Assembly (NCBI GenBank): GCA_964463085.1 | Contig: CAYXAZ010000001.1 | Location: 21,906 to 85,905 of the forward strand | Direction of reading: 5' to 3' | DNA from: an uncultured Flavobacteriaceae bacterium | Lineage (GTDB): Bacteria; Bacteroidota; Bacteroidia; Flavobacteriales; Flavobacteriaceae | Length of the DNA: 64,000 nt | Shown here: piece after piece, positions 50,874 to 61,163 of the stretch | Position numbering within the stretch: the stretch's first letter is position 1 | How the letters are laid out: every line of letters starts with the position of its first letter | Position numbers and translations under genes: made by a program | Notes under the pieces: generated by a model | The model's input: only the letters and a program-made list of their open reading frames with translations | What the model was told of the DNA's origin: nothing | The model's database searches: none

Positions 50874-52208
50874 ATGAAAAATATCTTTAAATATAGATTC
50901 GCATTTTTGCTTACCACAATATTGGTGTTAGCTTCGTGTGAAACAAATTTCGACAACCCCAATGCAGCTAACGACAATCAAGTATTTTCTTCTAGAGAAG
51001 GTATATTAGCTGCAACCGTAGGTATGCAACAAATATATGCTACCTCAGGAGTGAGGTGGATCATAGAAACACCCGCTATTACTACTCGAGAAGGTGGTAT
51101 TACAACTACTTTTCAGAATATGATAGAATTAGAAGATGGAGGTAGTGATCTACCCAATTTTAATTCCAATGTTCAAGGCTTGTGGGCAACCATGTTAAGA
51201 GTAATGAAAATAGCTGAAGATATTGAAAGTAGCGCCCCAGCTCTAAGCTTAGAGGCAGGTACACAAAGTGGTCTTTTAGCTTACGCTAAGCTTTTTAAAG
51301 CAATGACAATTGGTAGTCTAGCGCAAAATTATGAGCAAGTAATAGTTCAAACAAGTAACAATAATGATGCAGCTTTCATCTCTAGAATGGAAGGATTTCA
51401 AACCGCAATCGCTTTACTGAACGAAGCTAAATCGATCATTACAGCCACTGCAATATCTGATGAATTTACGAATGAAGTAACGCTGGATAATATAGATGTT
51501 ACAAACACTATAGATGCAATGTTGGCTAGATATAATCTATTCGCCGGAAACTATGATGCTGCTATTACAGCTGCCAATAGTGTAGATTTATCATCTACAT
51601 CTGTTTTTGCTTACGACTCACAAAATTTAAATCCTATTTGGGCTAGAGTATTTCAAAATGCTGCTCCAAATTTTAAACCAAGAGATAATTTCGGGTTACC
51701 TGCTGCATTTTCTTTTGATGCCTCTGATGGTAGATTATCTTTTTATTTGGTTTCTTTAGGTGATACTAATCAAAATGGATTACCCATTGAGGATTTAGCA
51801 GGCTTTTTTGATGTAGATACAGGGTCTTTACCTATTTATATACCGGATGAGATGAAATTGATTATAGCTGAAGCAAACCTTAGAAAAGGTTCACCGGATA
51901 TGGCAGCAGCAGCTACAGCAATAAATGATGTATTGACTGATACAAATGATGTTTTTGGTATAAATGCCAATGTAGCTTCTTATTCCGGAGCAAATACAGT
52001 AGATGCTTTATTAAATGAAGTTTATCGTAACCGTAGAGCTGAATTGTTTTTAACGGGAATGAGTTTGGAAGACAGCAGGCGTTTTGATCGACCACAACCA
52101 AGTGGAACCAGTATGATTTATACTGAAGAACGTAATAGAAATTTCTATCCATATCCTATTACCGAAAGAAATAGTAATCCAAACACACCATCAGATCCAT
52201 CTATATAA
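50874..52208 (+). CDS. RagB/SusD family lipoprotein (start moved to 50874)
   Basis: Lipobox VLAS-C; NRRAELFLTG...DSRRF; follows SusC. Confidence 0.9.
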   Translation: MKNIFKYRFAFLLTTILVLASCETNFDNPNAANDNQVFSSREGILAATVGMQQIYATSGVRWIIETPAITTREGGITTTFQNMIELEDGGSDLPNFNSNVQGLWATMLRVMKIAEDIESSAPALSLEAGTQSGLLAYAKLFKAMTIGSLAQNYEQVIVQTSNNNDAAFISRMEGFQTAIALLNEAKSIITATAISDEFTNEVTLDNIDVTNTIDAMLARYNLFAGNYDAAITAANSVDLSSTSVFAYDSQNLNPIWARVFQNAAPNFKPRDNFGLPAAFSFDASDGRLSFYLVSLGDTNQNGLPIEDLAGFFDVDTGSLPIYIPDEMKLIIAEANLRKGSPDMAAAATAINDVLTDTNDVFGINANVASYSGANTVDALLNEVYRNRRAELFLTGMSLEDSRRFDRPQPSGTSMIYTEERNRNFYPYPITERNSNPNTPSDPSI

Positions 52209-52251
52209 CAAACTTATTAATAGTAGCATTTAAATTAGTTTATTTTTGAGA

Positions 52252-52285
52252 GAATTTAGGGCAATAATTATATTGCTCTAAATTC
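52252..52285. terminator. Stem-loop after susD
   Basis: gaatttagggcaata-atta-tattgctctaaattc. Confidence 0.65.
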
Positions 52286-52326
52286 AATTCTCAACGCATC
52301 ACAATATAATTTCTTAATAAATTTTT

Positions 52327-52430
52327 GTGAAACACCCATAACTAAATCTTGATACACAAGGGAATGACTATATGGATGTTCCATGTGACTCCCGATAGCT
52401 ATCGGGATAAAAAACAATGAATATAGACAC
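52327..52430 (+). repeat. Start-codon-adjacent element, degenerate copy 4, with an 18-bp palindrome at 52390-52407
   Basis: gtgaaac...gaatgacta...catgtgac...tatagacac followed by ATGAAA. Confidence 0.7.
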
Positions 52431-53615
52431 ATGAAAGTAAAGACAGGTCTCGATATATTAATTCAAGATAAAGCACTTCAAAGTAAATTTAAAGGAAATG
52501 TGGCATTATTATGTCATAATGCGTCTATTGATTCAAATTTTAACCATGCAGTTTTAAAATTTAAAGAAATATTTGGTAAACGTTTTGTGAAAATATTTGG
52601 ACCTCAGCATGGTTTTTCAACTGATGTTCAAGATAATATGGTTGAAACTGATCATTATACGCATCCTTATTTTAACATTCCTGTATATTCGCTTTATTCA
52701 GAAACACGTATTCCTACTGATGAAATGTTAGAAAACATTGATCATTTTTTTGTTGATCTACAAGATGTGGGATGTAGAATATACACATACATCTATACAC
52801 TAACACTTTTATTGGAAAAATGTATTGGTAAAGACATTCAAGTTGTCATACTTGATCGTCCTAATCCAATTAACGGAATTGATATTGAAGGAAACATATT
52901 AGAGTCTGAATTCAAATCATTTGTTGGTCTCCATCCTATTCCTGTACGACATGGAATGACCATTGGAGAAGTTGCATTAATGCATCAAAATCTGTGGGCT
53001 AAAGAAAAAATAAATCTCGAAATAATAAAAATGCATCATTGGAAACGTGAAATGTTTTTTGAAGATACCAAATTACCTTGGATATTGCCTTCCCCGAATC
53101 TTGCAAGAGCAGAAAGTGCTTATACTTTTCCAGCAACAGTTTTGTTTGAAGGCACACAATTAAGTGAAGGGCGTGGTACTTCACAACCATTAGAAATTGT
53201 AGGACATCCAAAAATAAAGCCTTTTTTATTTTACGAAACTCATTTGTCTAATAGTATAAAAAAATCGAAGTTAAAAGGTTTTGTGCTTCGTCCTATAACG
53301 TTTCTTCCAACTTTTCAAAAACATACTAATACAATTTGTGGCGGTTTTCAAATTCACATTACTAATAAAAAAATCTTTAAACCCTGGCGTGTTGGTCAAT
53401 TTTTGTTACGGGAACTATATCATTATTTAGGAAATGATTTTAAATGGAAAGAACCTCCTTATGAATATAATTATACTCATAAGCCTATTGATATTATCAA
53501 TGGTACCGATAAATTAAGGCATTGGGTTGAAAATAATGAATCTATAGACAAACTTGATTCTTTTGAAAAATTAGACGATTATAAAGAACAGTTAAATGAA
53601 GTTAAAATGTATTAA
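52431..53615 (+). CDS. namZ: DUF1343 family exo-beta-N-acetylmuramidase (NamZ-like)
   Basis: Motifs IFGPQHG, DLQDVGCRIYTY, LDRPNP, HGMTIGE, PSPN and SEGRGT. Confidence 0.85.
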   Translation: MKVKTGLDILIQDKALQSKFKGNVALLCHNASIDSNFNHAVLKFKEIFGKRFVKIFGPQHGFSTDVQDNMVETDHYTHPYFNIPVYSLYSETRIPTDEMLENIDHFFVDLQDVGCRIYTYIYTLTLLLEKCIGKDIQVVILDRPNPINGIDIEGNILESEFKSFVGLHPIPVRHGMTIGEVALMHQNLWAKEKINLEIIKMHHWKREMFFEDTKLPWILPSPNLARAESAYTFPATVLFEGTQLSEGRGTSQPLEIVGHPKIKPFLFYETHLSNSIKKSKLKGFVLRPITFLPTFQKHTNTICGGFQIHITNKKIFKPWRVGQFLLRELYHYLGNDFKWKEPPYEYNYTHKPIDIINGTDKLRHWVENNESIDKLDSFEKLDDYKEQLNEVKMY

Positions 53616-53620
53616 AATAA

Positions 53621-54445
53621 ATGGATGCATCAAAACTAACCACAGAACAGTCTTCTAAATATAATGATTTAGAAAAAATGGATACATTAAAACTCCTTAC
53701 TAATATTAACAGGGAAGATAAATTTATTTCTATTGCAGTAGAAAAAGCAATTCCTAATATTCATAAACTAGTTGATGTTATCGTTTCAAAAATGAAGAAT
53801 GGAGGAAGGTTATTTTATATCGGTGCCGGTACGAGTGGCAGATTGGGAGTTTTAGACGCCTCTGAATGCCCACCTACTTTTGGGGTTTCTGATGATTGGG
53901 TTATAGGCTTGATTGCAGGTGGTGATGGCGCACTTCGAAAAGCTGTTGAAAATGCCGAAGATGATACCAATCTAGCTTGGATTGAATTACAAAAATTCGA
54001 TATTACTAAAAGGGATGTTCTTATAGGGATTGCTGCTTCCGGAACAACTCCTTATGTTATCGGAGGTATTCAAAAAGCCAAACAACAGAATATCATTACC
54101 GGATGCATTACTTGCAATAAAAATTCACCACTATCATTAGAAGTTGACTACCCTATTGAATTAATTGTAGGACCGGAATTTCTTACCGGAAGTACAAGAA
54201 TGAAAGCTGGAACTGCTCAAAAATTAGTGTTGAATATGATTTCGACTACTATCATGATAAAACTGGGCAGAGTTTTGGGTAACAAAATGGTTGACATGCA
54301 GTTATCTAATAAAAAACTGACAAATAGAGGCATCAAAATGATAATGGATGAACTTGAAATTGAAGAAGAATTAGCCAATAAATTACTATTAAAACATAAA
54401 AGTGTAAGAGAGATATTTAATAAGTATAAAAACAATGGGCAGTAA
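53621..54445 (+). CDS. murQ: N-acetylmuramic acid 6-phosphate etherase
   Basis: GAGTSGRLGVLDASECPPTF and GPE..TGSTRMKAGTAQKLVLNM motifs. Confidence 0.96.
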   Translation: MDASKLTTEQSSKYNDLEKMDTLKLLTNINREDKFISIAVEKAIPNIHKLVDVIVSKMKNGGRLFYIGAGTSGRLGVLDASECPPTFGVSDDWVIGLIAGGDGALRKAVENAEDDTNLAWIELQKFDITKRDVLIGIAASGTTPYVIGGIQKAKQQNIITGCITCNKNSPLSLEVDYPIELIVGPEFLTGSTRMKAGTAQKLVLNMISTTIMIKLGRVLGNKMVDMQLSNKKLTNRGIKMIMDELEIEEELANKLLLKHKSVREIFNKYKNNGQ

Positions 54446-56357
54446 GGTGATAGGAAAAAATATCGACTATAAAGAAGCCGGTAAATTTGAAGAGACCAGA
54501 TTTGAAAAAATTCACAATGTAATTTTTGATAATTCTAATGTAGCTTCTAGTATAGTAGCTAATGAAATTGCCGAACTTATTCGAAAAACAGCACTTGAAA
54601 ATAAAAATTGTGTGTTGGGATTAGCTACTGGTTCTTCTCCTATAAAAGTATATGAAGAATTGGTTAGAATGCATAATGAAGAAGGCTTGAGTTTTACTAA
54701 TGTAATTACTTTTAATTTGGACGAATATTATCCTATGGATAAACAAAACATCCAAAGTTATCATTATTTTATGCATGAACATCTTTTTAATCATATTGAT
54801 ATAATCCCTGAAAATATTCATATTCCTGATGGAACTATTCATAGTGATGATATACATCAATATTGTATTGATTATGAACTGAAAATTAAACAAGCCGGTG
54901 GTTTAGACCTTCAATTACTCGGTATTGGCAGAACGGGTCATGTGGGTTTTAATGAACCCGGTTCTCATTTAAATTCCGGTACGAGAAATATTACATTAGA
55001 TCATATTACAAGGGTTGATGCAGCTCCGGCCTTTTTAGGAATTGATAACGTACCTAGAAAAGCAATAACCATGGGTATTGGTACTATCAGAAAAGCCAAC
55101 AGAATTATATTATTGGCTTGGGGTATTAATAAAGCTGAGATTATTAAAGAGACCATTGAAGGTGAAATATCTTCTGATGTGCCTGCTACTTATTTACAAA
55201 ATCACAATAACACCTCTTTTATATTAGATAATGAAGCTGCTGGTGAGTTAACTAGGGTAAAAACACCTTGGCTGGTGTCTTCTTGTACTTGGTCTGAAAA
55301 CTTAAAAAGAAAAGCGGTTGTTTGGTTAAGCGAACTCCTACATAAATCTATACTAAAACTTACAGATAAAGATTATAACAATAATGGGATGTCTAGCTTA
55401 CTCATTGAAGAAAGTACAGCTTATGATCTAAATATTAAGATATTCAATAATTTGCAACATACTATTACTGGATGGCCCGGCGGTAAACCAAATGCTGATG
55501 ATACTAATAGACCTGAACGTGCAAATCCTGCAAATAAACGTGTTCTAATTTTCAGTCCTCACCCTGATGATGATGTAATATCTATGGGCAGTACCTTTGA
55601 CAGATTGATTGAACAAGGGCATGAGGTGCATGTAGCTTATCAAACCTCAGGAAATATAGCTGTTCCTGATGAAGATGCTTTAAAATTTGCTGAAGTCAGT
55701 AACAAATTAAATGAGTCAGATGAAATCAAAAATACTATCAATTATCTCAAGAAAAAGAAAGAAAACAGCATTGATACTATAGAAATAAGAAAACTCAAAG
55801 GTTTAATTAGAAGAAGTGAATCTTTAGCTGCTACACGATATTTAGGTTTGCCTGATGAAAATGTACATTTTTTAGATTTGCCATTTTATGAAACCGGAGC
55901 CATAAAAAAGAACAGATTATCTGATAATGATATAGAAATGATGTGTTCTTTAATAACAAAAATTAAACCACACCAAATATATGCTGCCGGTGATTTGGCT
56001 GACCCTCATGGAACGCATAAAGTTTGTTTAAATGCCCTTTTGGGTGCTTTAGAAAAATTAAGATCTAAACCATTTATGAACGACTGTTGGGTTTGGTTAT
56101 ATAGAGGTGCCTGGCTCGAATGGGAAACCTATGAAATTGATATGGCAGTCCCAATGAGTCCTGATCAGGTTCTGAAGAAAAGACATGCCATATTCTATCA
56201 TCAATCTCAAAAGGATGGAGTGATGTTTCAAGGGGATGACTCCAGGGAGTTCTGGGTAAGAGTTGAAGATAGAAATAGATTAACAGCTAAAAAATATCAT
56301 AATTTAGGTTTGGCTGATTATGCCGCTATTGAAGCTTTTAAACGTTATTATTTTTAG
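54435..56357 (+). CDS. nagB: Glucosamine-6-phosphate deaminase fused to a PIG-L-like deacetylase domain
   Basis: LGLATGSSP, FNLDEYY and GHVGFNEPG in the N-terminal half; HPDDDVI and DPHGTH in the C-terminal half. Confidence 0.92.
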   Translation: MGSKVIGKNIDYKEAGKFEETRFEKIHNVIFDNSNVASSIVANEIAELIRKTALENKNCVLGLATGSSPIKVYEELVRMHNEEGLSFTNVITFNLDEYYPMDKQNIQSYHYFMHEHLFNHIDIIPENIHIPDGTIHSDDIHQYCIDYELKIKQAGGLDLQLLGIGRTGHVGFNEPGSHLNSGTRNITLDHITRVDAAPAFLGIDNVPRKAITMGIGTIRKANRIILLAWGINKAEIIKETIEGEISSDVPATYLQNHNNTSFILDNEAAGELTRVKTPWLVSSCTWSENLKRKAVVWLSELLHKSILKLTDKDYNNNGMSSLLIEESTAYDLNIKIFNNLQHTITGWPGGKPNADDTNRPERANPANKRVLIFSPHPDDDVISMGSTFDRLIEQGHEVHVAYQTSGNIAVPDEDALKFAEVSNKLNESDEIKNTINYLKKKKENSIDTIEIRKLKGLIRRSESLAATRYLGLPDENVHFLDLPFYETGAIKKNRLSDNDIEMMCSLITKIKPHQIYAAGDLADPHGTHKVCLNALLGALEKLRSKPFMNDCWVWLYRGAWLEWETYEIDMAVPMSPDQVLKKRHAIFYHQSQKDGVMFQGDDSREFWVRVEDRNRLTAKKYHNLGLADYAAIEAFKRYYF

Positions 56358-56425
56358 CCTGATTGTTTATGTATATGTCAAAAAAATTATTTTGTAAATA
56401 GCTAAATGTTAATGCTTTGTAAAAA

Positions 56426-56525
56426 TGTCATTTCGAGCGCAGTCGAGAACTTATTTTACTAAAAGTGAAAAGAAAGGTCTCGCCTTTAGTTTATCTTGAG
56501 CGAAGCCGAAAGGCTCGACCCGACA
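56426..56525. repeat. Inverted pair of TGTC-type REP units with a nested second repeat
   Basis: tgtcatttcgagcgcagtcgagaac (56426-56450) and ggtctcg..ctcgacccgaca (56475-56525), the latter interrupted by gtttatcttgagcgaagccgaaagg (56489-56513). Confidence 0.7.
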
Positions 56526-56573
56526 TGTAATAAGTCTAGCTAATTCTTGTCATGTACTACTACCTAAATGTCA

Positions 56574-57806
56574 CTACATTTCCAATGCCTTCTTAGCATC
56601 GTTATTCATTAAAATTTCCACTGGGTTTTCTAAGGCTTCTTTAATCGCAACTAAGAATCCAACTGATTCTTTTCCGTCTATAATTCTATGATCATACGAC
56701 ACAGCTACGAACATAATAGGTCTGATCTCTACTTTACCATTAATTGCTACAGGTCGTTCTACAATATTATGCATTCCTAAAATAGCACTTTGCGGAGGGT
56801 TAATAATTGGTGTCGATAACATTGATCCAAACACACCGCCATTAGTAATGGTAAATGTACCTCCTGTCATTTCATCTATGGTAATTTCGCCATCTCTTGC
56901 ACGAATTGCCAACCGTTTTACTTCGCTTTCAATGCCTTTAAAAGTTAAATTTTCAGCATTTCTGATAACTGGCACCATTAATCCTTTTGGTCCGGAAACC
57001 GCTATTGAAATATCTTGAAAATCATACGACACTTTAAAATCGCCATCGATCATAGAATTTACATCAGGGAATAATTGTAAGGCTCTCACCACAGCTTTGG
57101 TAAAAAAACTCATAAAACCTAAACTTACACCATGTTTTGTTTTAAAATCTTCTTTGTATTGTTTGCGCAGATCAAATATAGGTTTCATATCAACTTCGTT
57201 AAACGTAGTTAACATTGCAGTTTCATTCTTTACAGCAACCAGGCGTTCAGCTACTTTACGACGTAACATTGATAGTTTTTTACGTTCTCCTCCCCTAGTA
57301 GTATCAACAGCCGGTGTACCCATACTCGGCACAGCTTTTATGGCATCATCTTTAGTAATTCTACCATCTTTACCTGTACCTTTTATGGTATCCGTTGAAA
57401 TATTTTTTTCAGCCAATATTTTTTTAGCTGCCGGTGAGGCTGTTCCTGTAGCATAAGTAGTTTCGGGTTTTGAGTTTGAGGTTTCGGGTTTTGACGGATT
57501 CTTAGATTCGTTAGAGCTATCAGAACCAGTACTACTGACTGCCGACTGACTACTCCCTTCTGGTTTAGCTACGCTCGTATCAATCAAACACACCACTGCA
57601 CCTACAGCTACCGCATCGCCTTCTTCTGCTTTAAGCGTAATAATTCCACTTTCTTCAGCCGGTAATTCTAAGGTTGCTTTATCAGAATCTACTTCGGCAA
57701 TTGCCTGATCTTTTTCAACATAATCACCATCTTCAACTAACCATGTTGCGATTTCTACTTCTGTAATAGATTCTCCCGGAGAGGGAACTTTCATTTCTAA
57801 AATCAT
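56574..57806 (-). CDS. sucB: 2-oxoglutarate dehydrogenase E2, dihydrolipoamide succinyltransferase (start moved to 57806)
   Basis: Lipoyl motif EVDSDKAT; catalytic DHRIIDG. Confidence 0.97.
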   Translation of the reverse strand: MILEMKVPSPGESITEVEIATWLVEDGDYVEKDQAIAEVDSDKATLELPAEESGIITLKAEEGDAVAVGAVVCLIDTSVAKPEGSSQSAVSSTGSDSSNESKNPSKPETSNSKPETTYATGTASPAAKKILAEKNISTDTIKGTGKDGRITKDDAIKAVPSMGTPAVDTTRGGERKKLSMLRRKVAERLVAVKNETAMLTTFNEVDMKPIFDLRKQYKEDFKTKHGVSLGFMSFFTKAVVRALQLFPDVNSMIDGDFKVSYDFQDISIAVSGPKGLMVPVIRNAENLTFKGIESEVKRLAIRARDGEITIDEMTGGTFTITNGGVFGSMLSTPIINPPQSAILGMHNIVERPVAINGKVEIRPIMFVAVSYDHRIIDGKESVGFLVAIKEALENPVEILMNNDAKKALEM

Positions 57807-57822
57807 AATCTTTATTTTCTCT

Positions 57823-57854
57823 CGCAAAGGCGCAAAGGCGCTAAGTTGCAAAGG
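57823..57854. repeat. Octamer tandem repeat between sucA and sucB
   Basis: cgcaaagg-cgcaaagg-cgctaagt-tgcaaagg. Confidence 0.7.
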
Positions 57855-57899
57855 TTGTTTTATTATCTATTTTTAAATTTATACACAATAATCGTAAAT

Positions 57900-60629
57900 C
57901 TACAATTCGAATACTTTATCAATTACTCTTTGATGTCTTCTTTTAAACCTAGTACTAGAACCCGCTGCAGGAACCGAATAAAATGGTCTAGAAGCAACTT
58001 TCAATTTTACCAAATCAAAACGCAGTAATAAATAGCTCCAAGCGCCCATATTTTGGGGTTCTTCTTGTGCCCAAACATAATTTTTTACATTTTTATATCT
58101 GTCAATTACCCTTTGTAATTTTTCTTTATGTAATGGGAATAATTGTTCTATCCTAACTAATGCCACGTCTTCTCTTTCTAATTTTTCTCGTTCGGCTAAT
58201 AAATCATAATAGAATTTACCAGTACAAAATACTAATTTTTTAACCTTAGTAGGACTAATTGTATCGTCTATTACTTCTTGAAATTCTCCATTAGAAAACT
58301 CATTTAAACTTGATACTACTTTTGGATGACGTAGTAAACTTTTAGGTGTAAATACAATTAAAGGTTTTCTAAAATCACGTTTTAATTGTCGGCGTAACAA
58401 ATGAAAAAAATTAGCCGGGGTAGTACAATCGGCAACGGTCATATTATCATTTGCACATAATTGTAAATAACGTTCCATTCTAGCTGAAGAGTGCTCAGAA
58501 CCTTGACCTTCATATCCATGTGGTAACAATACAACTATTCCGTTTTGTAATTTCCATTTGTCCTCAGCAGCAGACATATATTGATCGAAAATAATTTGAG
58601 CTCCGTTACTAAAATCACCAAATTGTGCTTCCCAAATGGTCAATGTATTAGGATTCGCCATCGCATAACCATAATCAAAACCAAGTACGCCATATTCTGA
58701 CAGCAATGAATTATAAATATTCATTTGTCCCTTATTATCAGGGTTTGTATTCAGTAAATTGATACGTTCTTCAGAGATTTCATCTCGTAATATGGCATGA
58801 CGATGACTAAAGGTACCACGTTCAACATCTTGACCGGAAATTCGAATATTGTATCCTTCTTCTAATAATGAACCATAAGCTAATGTTTCCGCCAAGCCCC
58901 AATCAATAGTATCGGTTTCTATCATTTTGGCTCTACCAGACAGAATACGTTCTGCTTTTCGTAAAAATTTTACGCCTTCAGGCACAGTTGATACTACTTT
59001 TGCAATGTTTTTTAGATGCTGTTCTGCATATGTTGTATTAACGGGTAACAACATATCTTTTACATCTTTACGTGAAAACCCTTTCCATGTACTTTCCATA
59101 AAGGGCTTCAGACTTGAAGTAGTATCCCTTTTAGACATCTCATATTGATTTTCTAGCATGATCTTAAAATCAGCTATGATCTTCTTTTTATAAGCTTCAT
59201 CTATGACACCTTCATCTATTAAACGTTGTGCATAAATATCTCTGGGATTATCGTGTTTAGCTATCGCTTTATACAGGTTTGGTTGTGTAAAACGAGGTTC
59301 ATCACCTTCATTATGACCATATTTTCTATACCCTAATAAATCGATAAATACATCGCGTTTGAATTTCATTCTAAAGTCAAGCGCCATCTCTACAGCATGT
59401 ACTACTGCTTCGGCATCATCAGCATTTACATGAAGTACCGGAGATAATGTTACTTTTCCAATATCTGTACAATAGGTGCTTGACCTTGCATCTAAATAAT
59501 TGGTTGTAAATCCAATTTGATTATTAACCACAATATGAATGGTGCCTCCTGTTGAATATCCTTTAAGTTTACTCATTTGAATTACTTCATATACTACGCC
59601 TTGTCCTGCAATTGCTGCATCTCCATGAACAAGAATAGGTAGTATTTTTGAGGAATCTCCTTTGTATTTTCTATCAATTTTAGCTCGTGTGATTCCTTCT
59701 GCAACAGCATCAACTGCTTCTAAATGTGAAGGATTTGGCACTAAATTCATTTTTATATCCTTACCATTCTGATAGGTTTTATTTAAGCTCAAGCCTAAAT
59801 GATATTTTACATCACCATCTATATCATCATCATCAAAATCTTTCCCTTCAAATTCACTAAAAAGCTCTCTTACCGGTTTTCTAAATATATTTATTAAGGT
59901 ATTCAAACGCCCTCTATGCGCCATCCCGATAACACATTCTTCTAATTGATATTTATCAACAGCATTAAAAAGAGTCATACTAATTGCGGGAATCAATGTT
60001 TCTCCGCCTTCTAAAGAAAAACGCTTCTGTCCTACATATTTGGTTTGTAAGAATTGCTCAAAAGTTACAGCTTGGTTTAATTTTGAGAAAAGATGCTTTT
60101 TATCCTCAATAGAATAGTTAGGGTGATTATTATTTTTATGCAATTTTTCTTGCCACCATTTTATTTCTTCCGGCTGACGAATATACATATATTCAATACC
60201 AATAGAATCACAATACACTTCTTCTAAATGCGCTACAATTTCTTTTAATGTTGTACTACCTATTCCCAACACTTCACCTGCATCAAAAACCGTATCTAGA
60301 TCTTCTTTTGAAAGCCCAAAATTTTCTATAGCCAACGTTGGAGTGTACTTTCTACGTTCTCTTACAGGATTGGTTTTTGTAAATAGATGTCCTCTGGAAC
60401 GGTATCCATTCATTAGTTCAATAACCTGAAACTCTTTATGTACATGCCCTGGAATTTCAGATGTAGATTGTTCTTCTCCATCTAAAGAATAATCTGTATT
60501 AGCTAAATCATAACCTTGAAAAAAACTTCTCCAGCTTGGCTCTACCGCATCAGGATCTACTAAGTATTTATGATATAAATCTTCTATAAAACCAGTATGT
60601 GCTGCATTTAAAAAGGAAAATCTATCCAT
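57900..60629 (-). CDS. sucA: 2-oxoglutarate dehydrogenase E1
   Basis: GMAHRGRLN, HGDAAIAGQG and WEAQFGDF motifs. Confidence 0.98.
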   Translation of the reverse strand: MDRFSFLNAAHTGFIEDLYHKYLVDPDAVEPSWRSFFQGYDLANTDYSLDGEEQSTSEIPGHVHKEFQVIELMNGYRSRGHLFTKTNPVRERRKYTPTLAIENFGLSKEDLDTVFDAGEVLGIGSTTLKEIVAHLEEVYCDSIGIEYMYIRQPEEIKWWQEKLHKNNNHPNYSIEDKKHLFSKLNQAVTFEQFLQTKYVGQKRFSLEGGETLIPAISMTLFNAVDKYQLEECVIGMAHRGRLNTLINIFRKPVRELFSEFEGKDFDDDDIDGDVKYHLGLSLNKTYQNGKDIKMNLVPNPSHLEAVDAVAEGITRAKIDRKYKGDSSKILPILVHGDAAIAGQGVVYEVIQMSKLKGYSTGGTIHIVVNNQIGFTTNYLDARSSTYCTDIGKVTLSPVLHVNADDAEAVVHAVEMALDFRMKFKRDVFIDLLGYRKYGHNEGDEPRFTQPNLYKAIAKHDNPRDIYAQRLIDEGVIDEAYKKKIIADFKIMLENQYEMSKRDTTSSLKPFMESTWKGFSRKDVKDMLLPVNTTYAEQHLKNIAKVVSTVPEGVKFLRKAERILSGRAKMIETDTIDWGLAETLAYGSLLEEGYNIRISGQDVERGTFSHRHAILRDEISEERINLLNTNPDNKGQMNIYNSLLSEYGVLGFDYGYAMANPNTLTIWEAQFGDFSNGAQIIFDQYMSAAEDKWKLQNGIVVLLPHGYEGQGSEHSSARMERYLQLCANDNMTVADCTTPANFFHLLRRQLKRDFRKPLIVFTPKSLLRHPKVVSSLNEFSNGEFQEVIDDTISPTKVKKLVFCTGKFYYDLLAEREKLEREDVALVRIEQLFPLHKEKLQRVIDRYKNVKNYVWAQEEPQNMGAWSYLLLRFDLVKLKVASRPFYSVPAAGSSTRFKRRHQRVIDKVFEL

Positions 60630-60776
60630 TTATTTACCTATTTGTAACTTTAAAAAACATGAAAAACAAAAGTACAATTTTTATCATTATAGTATCATTA
60701 AATTTAGATTGTTATTGATAAATTTTATTTAGATAAAAAAAATTAATTTAGTACTTGTAGAGTATCAAAAAACATT

Positions 60777-60784
60777 TATATTTG
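60777..60784 (+). promoter_or_regulatory. -7 promoter box, probably the ancestral tRNA-Asn promoter
   Basis: TATATTTG with a TTG upstream; lies just before the duplicated tRNA leader. Confidence 0.75.
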
Positions 60785-60797
60785 CACTCCGAAAAGG

Positions 60798-60848
60798 AAA
60801 ATAAATTCCTCCTTAGCTCATCCCGATAGCTATCGGGAGGTTAGAGCA
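60798..60848 (+). pseudogene. Duplicated leader and 5' half of tRNA-Asn with an 18-bp palindrome replacing GTT of the D-loop
   Basis: 60798-60820 is identical to 61155-61177; then tcccgatagctatcggga in place of gtt; then ggttagagca as at 61181-61190. Confidence 0.92.
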
Positions 60849-60870
60849 AAGAAGAAAAGTTCTTTAAATT

Positions 60871-61161
60871 ATGCAATCATGTGTGTATATAATTTATTCT
60901 AAGCAATTAGATAAGTATTATATAGGAGAAACTTCAGATCTTAAGAATAGACTTGAAGAACATAGAATTAGTTTTTATGAAAATTCTTACACATCTAATG
61001 CGAATGATTGGATTGTATTTTTTAAAATAGTTTGTGAAACAAAAACTCAAGCTATTAAAATTGAAAAGCATATTAAGAGTATGAAAAGTAAAACTTACAT
61101 ACATAATCTTAAGAATTATCCAGAAATTGCAAATAAGTTAAAGGAAAAATATTTAAAATAA
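60871..61161 (+). CDS. Stand-alone GIY-YIG nuclease
   Basis: VYIIYS...YYIGET..L..RL..H and downstream A...EK.IK pattern; 96 aa. Confidence 0.9.
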   Translation: MQSCVYIIYSKQLDKYYIGETSDLKNRLEEHRISFYENSYTSNANDWIVFFKIVCETKTQAIKIEKHIKSMKSKTYIHNLKNYPEIANKLKEKYLK

Positions 61162-61163
61162 AT

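Noticed and set aside
3029-60838. Dispersed palindromes as a CRISPR array or as adapter contamination
   Set aside because: No regular repeat-spacer periodicity and no cas genes; the copies vary in sequence and sit in consistent biological contexts.
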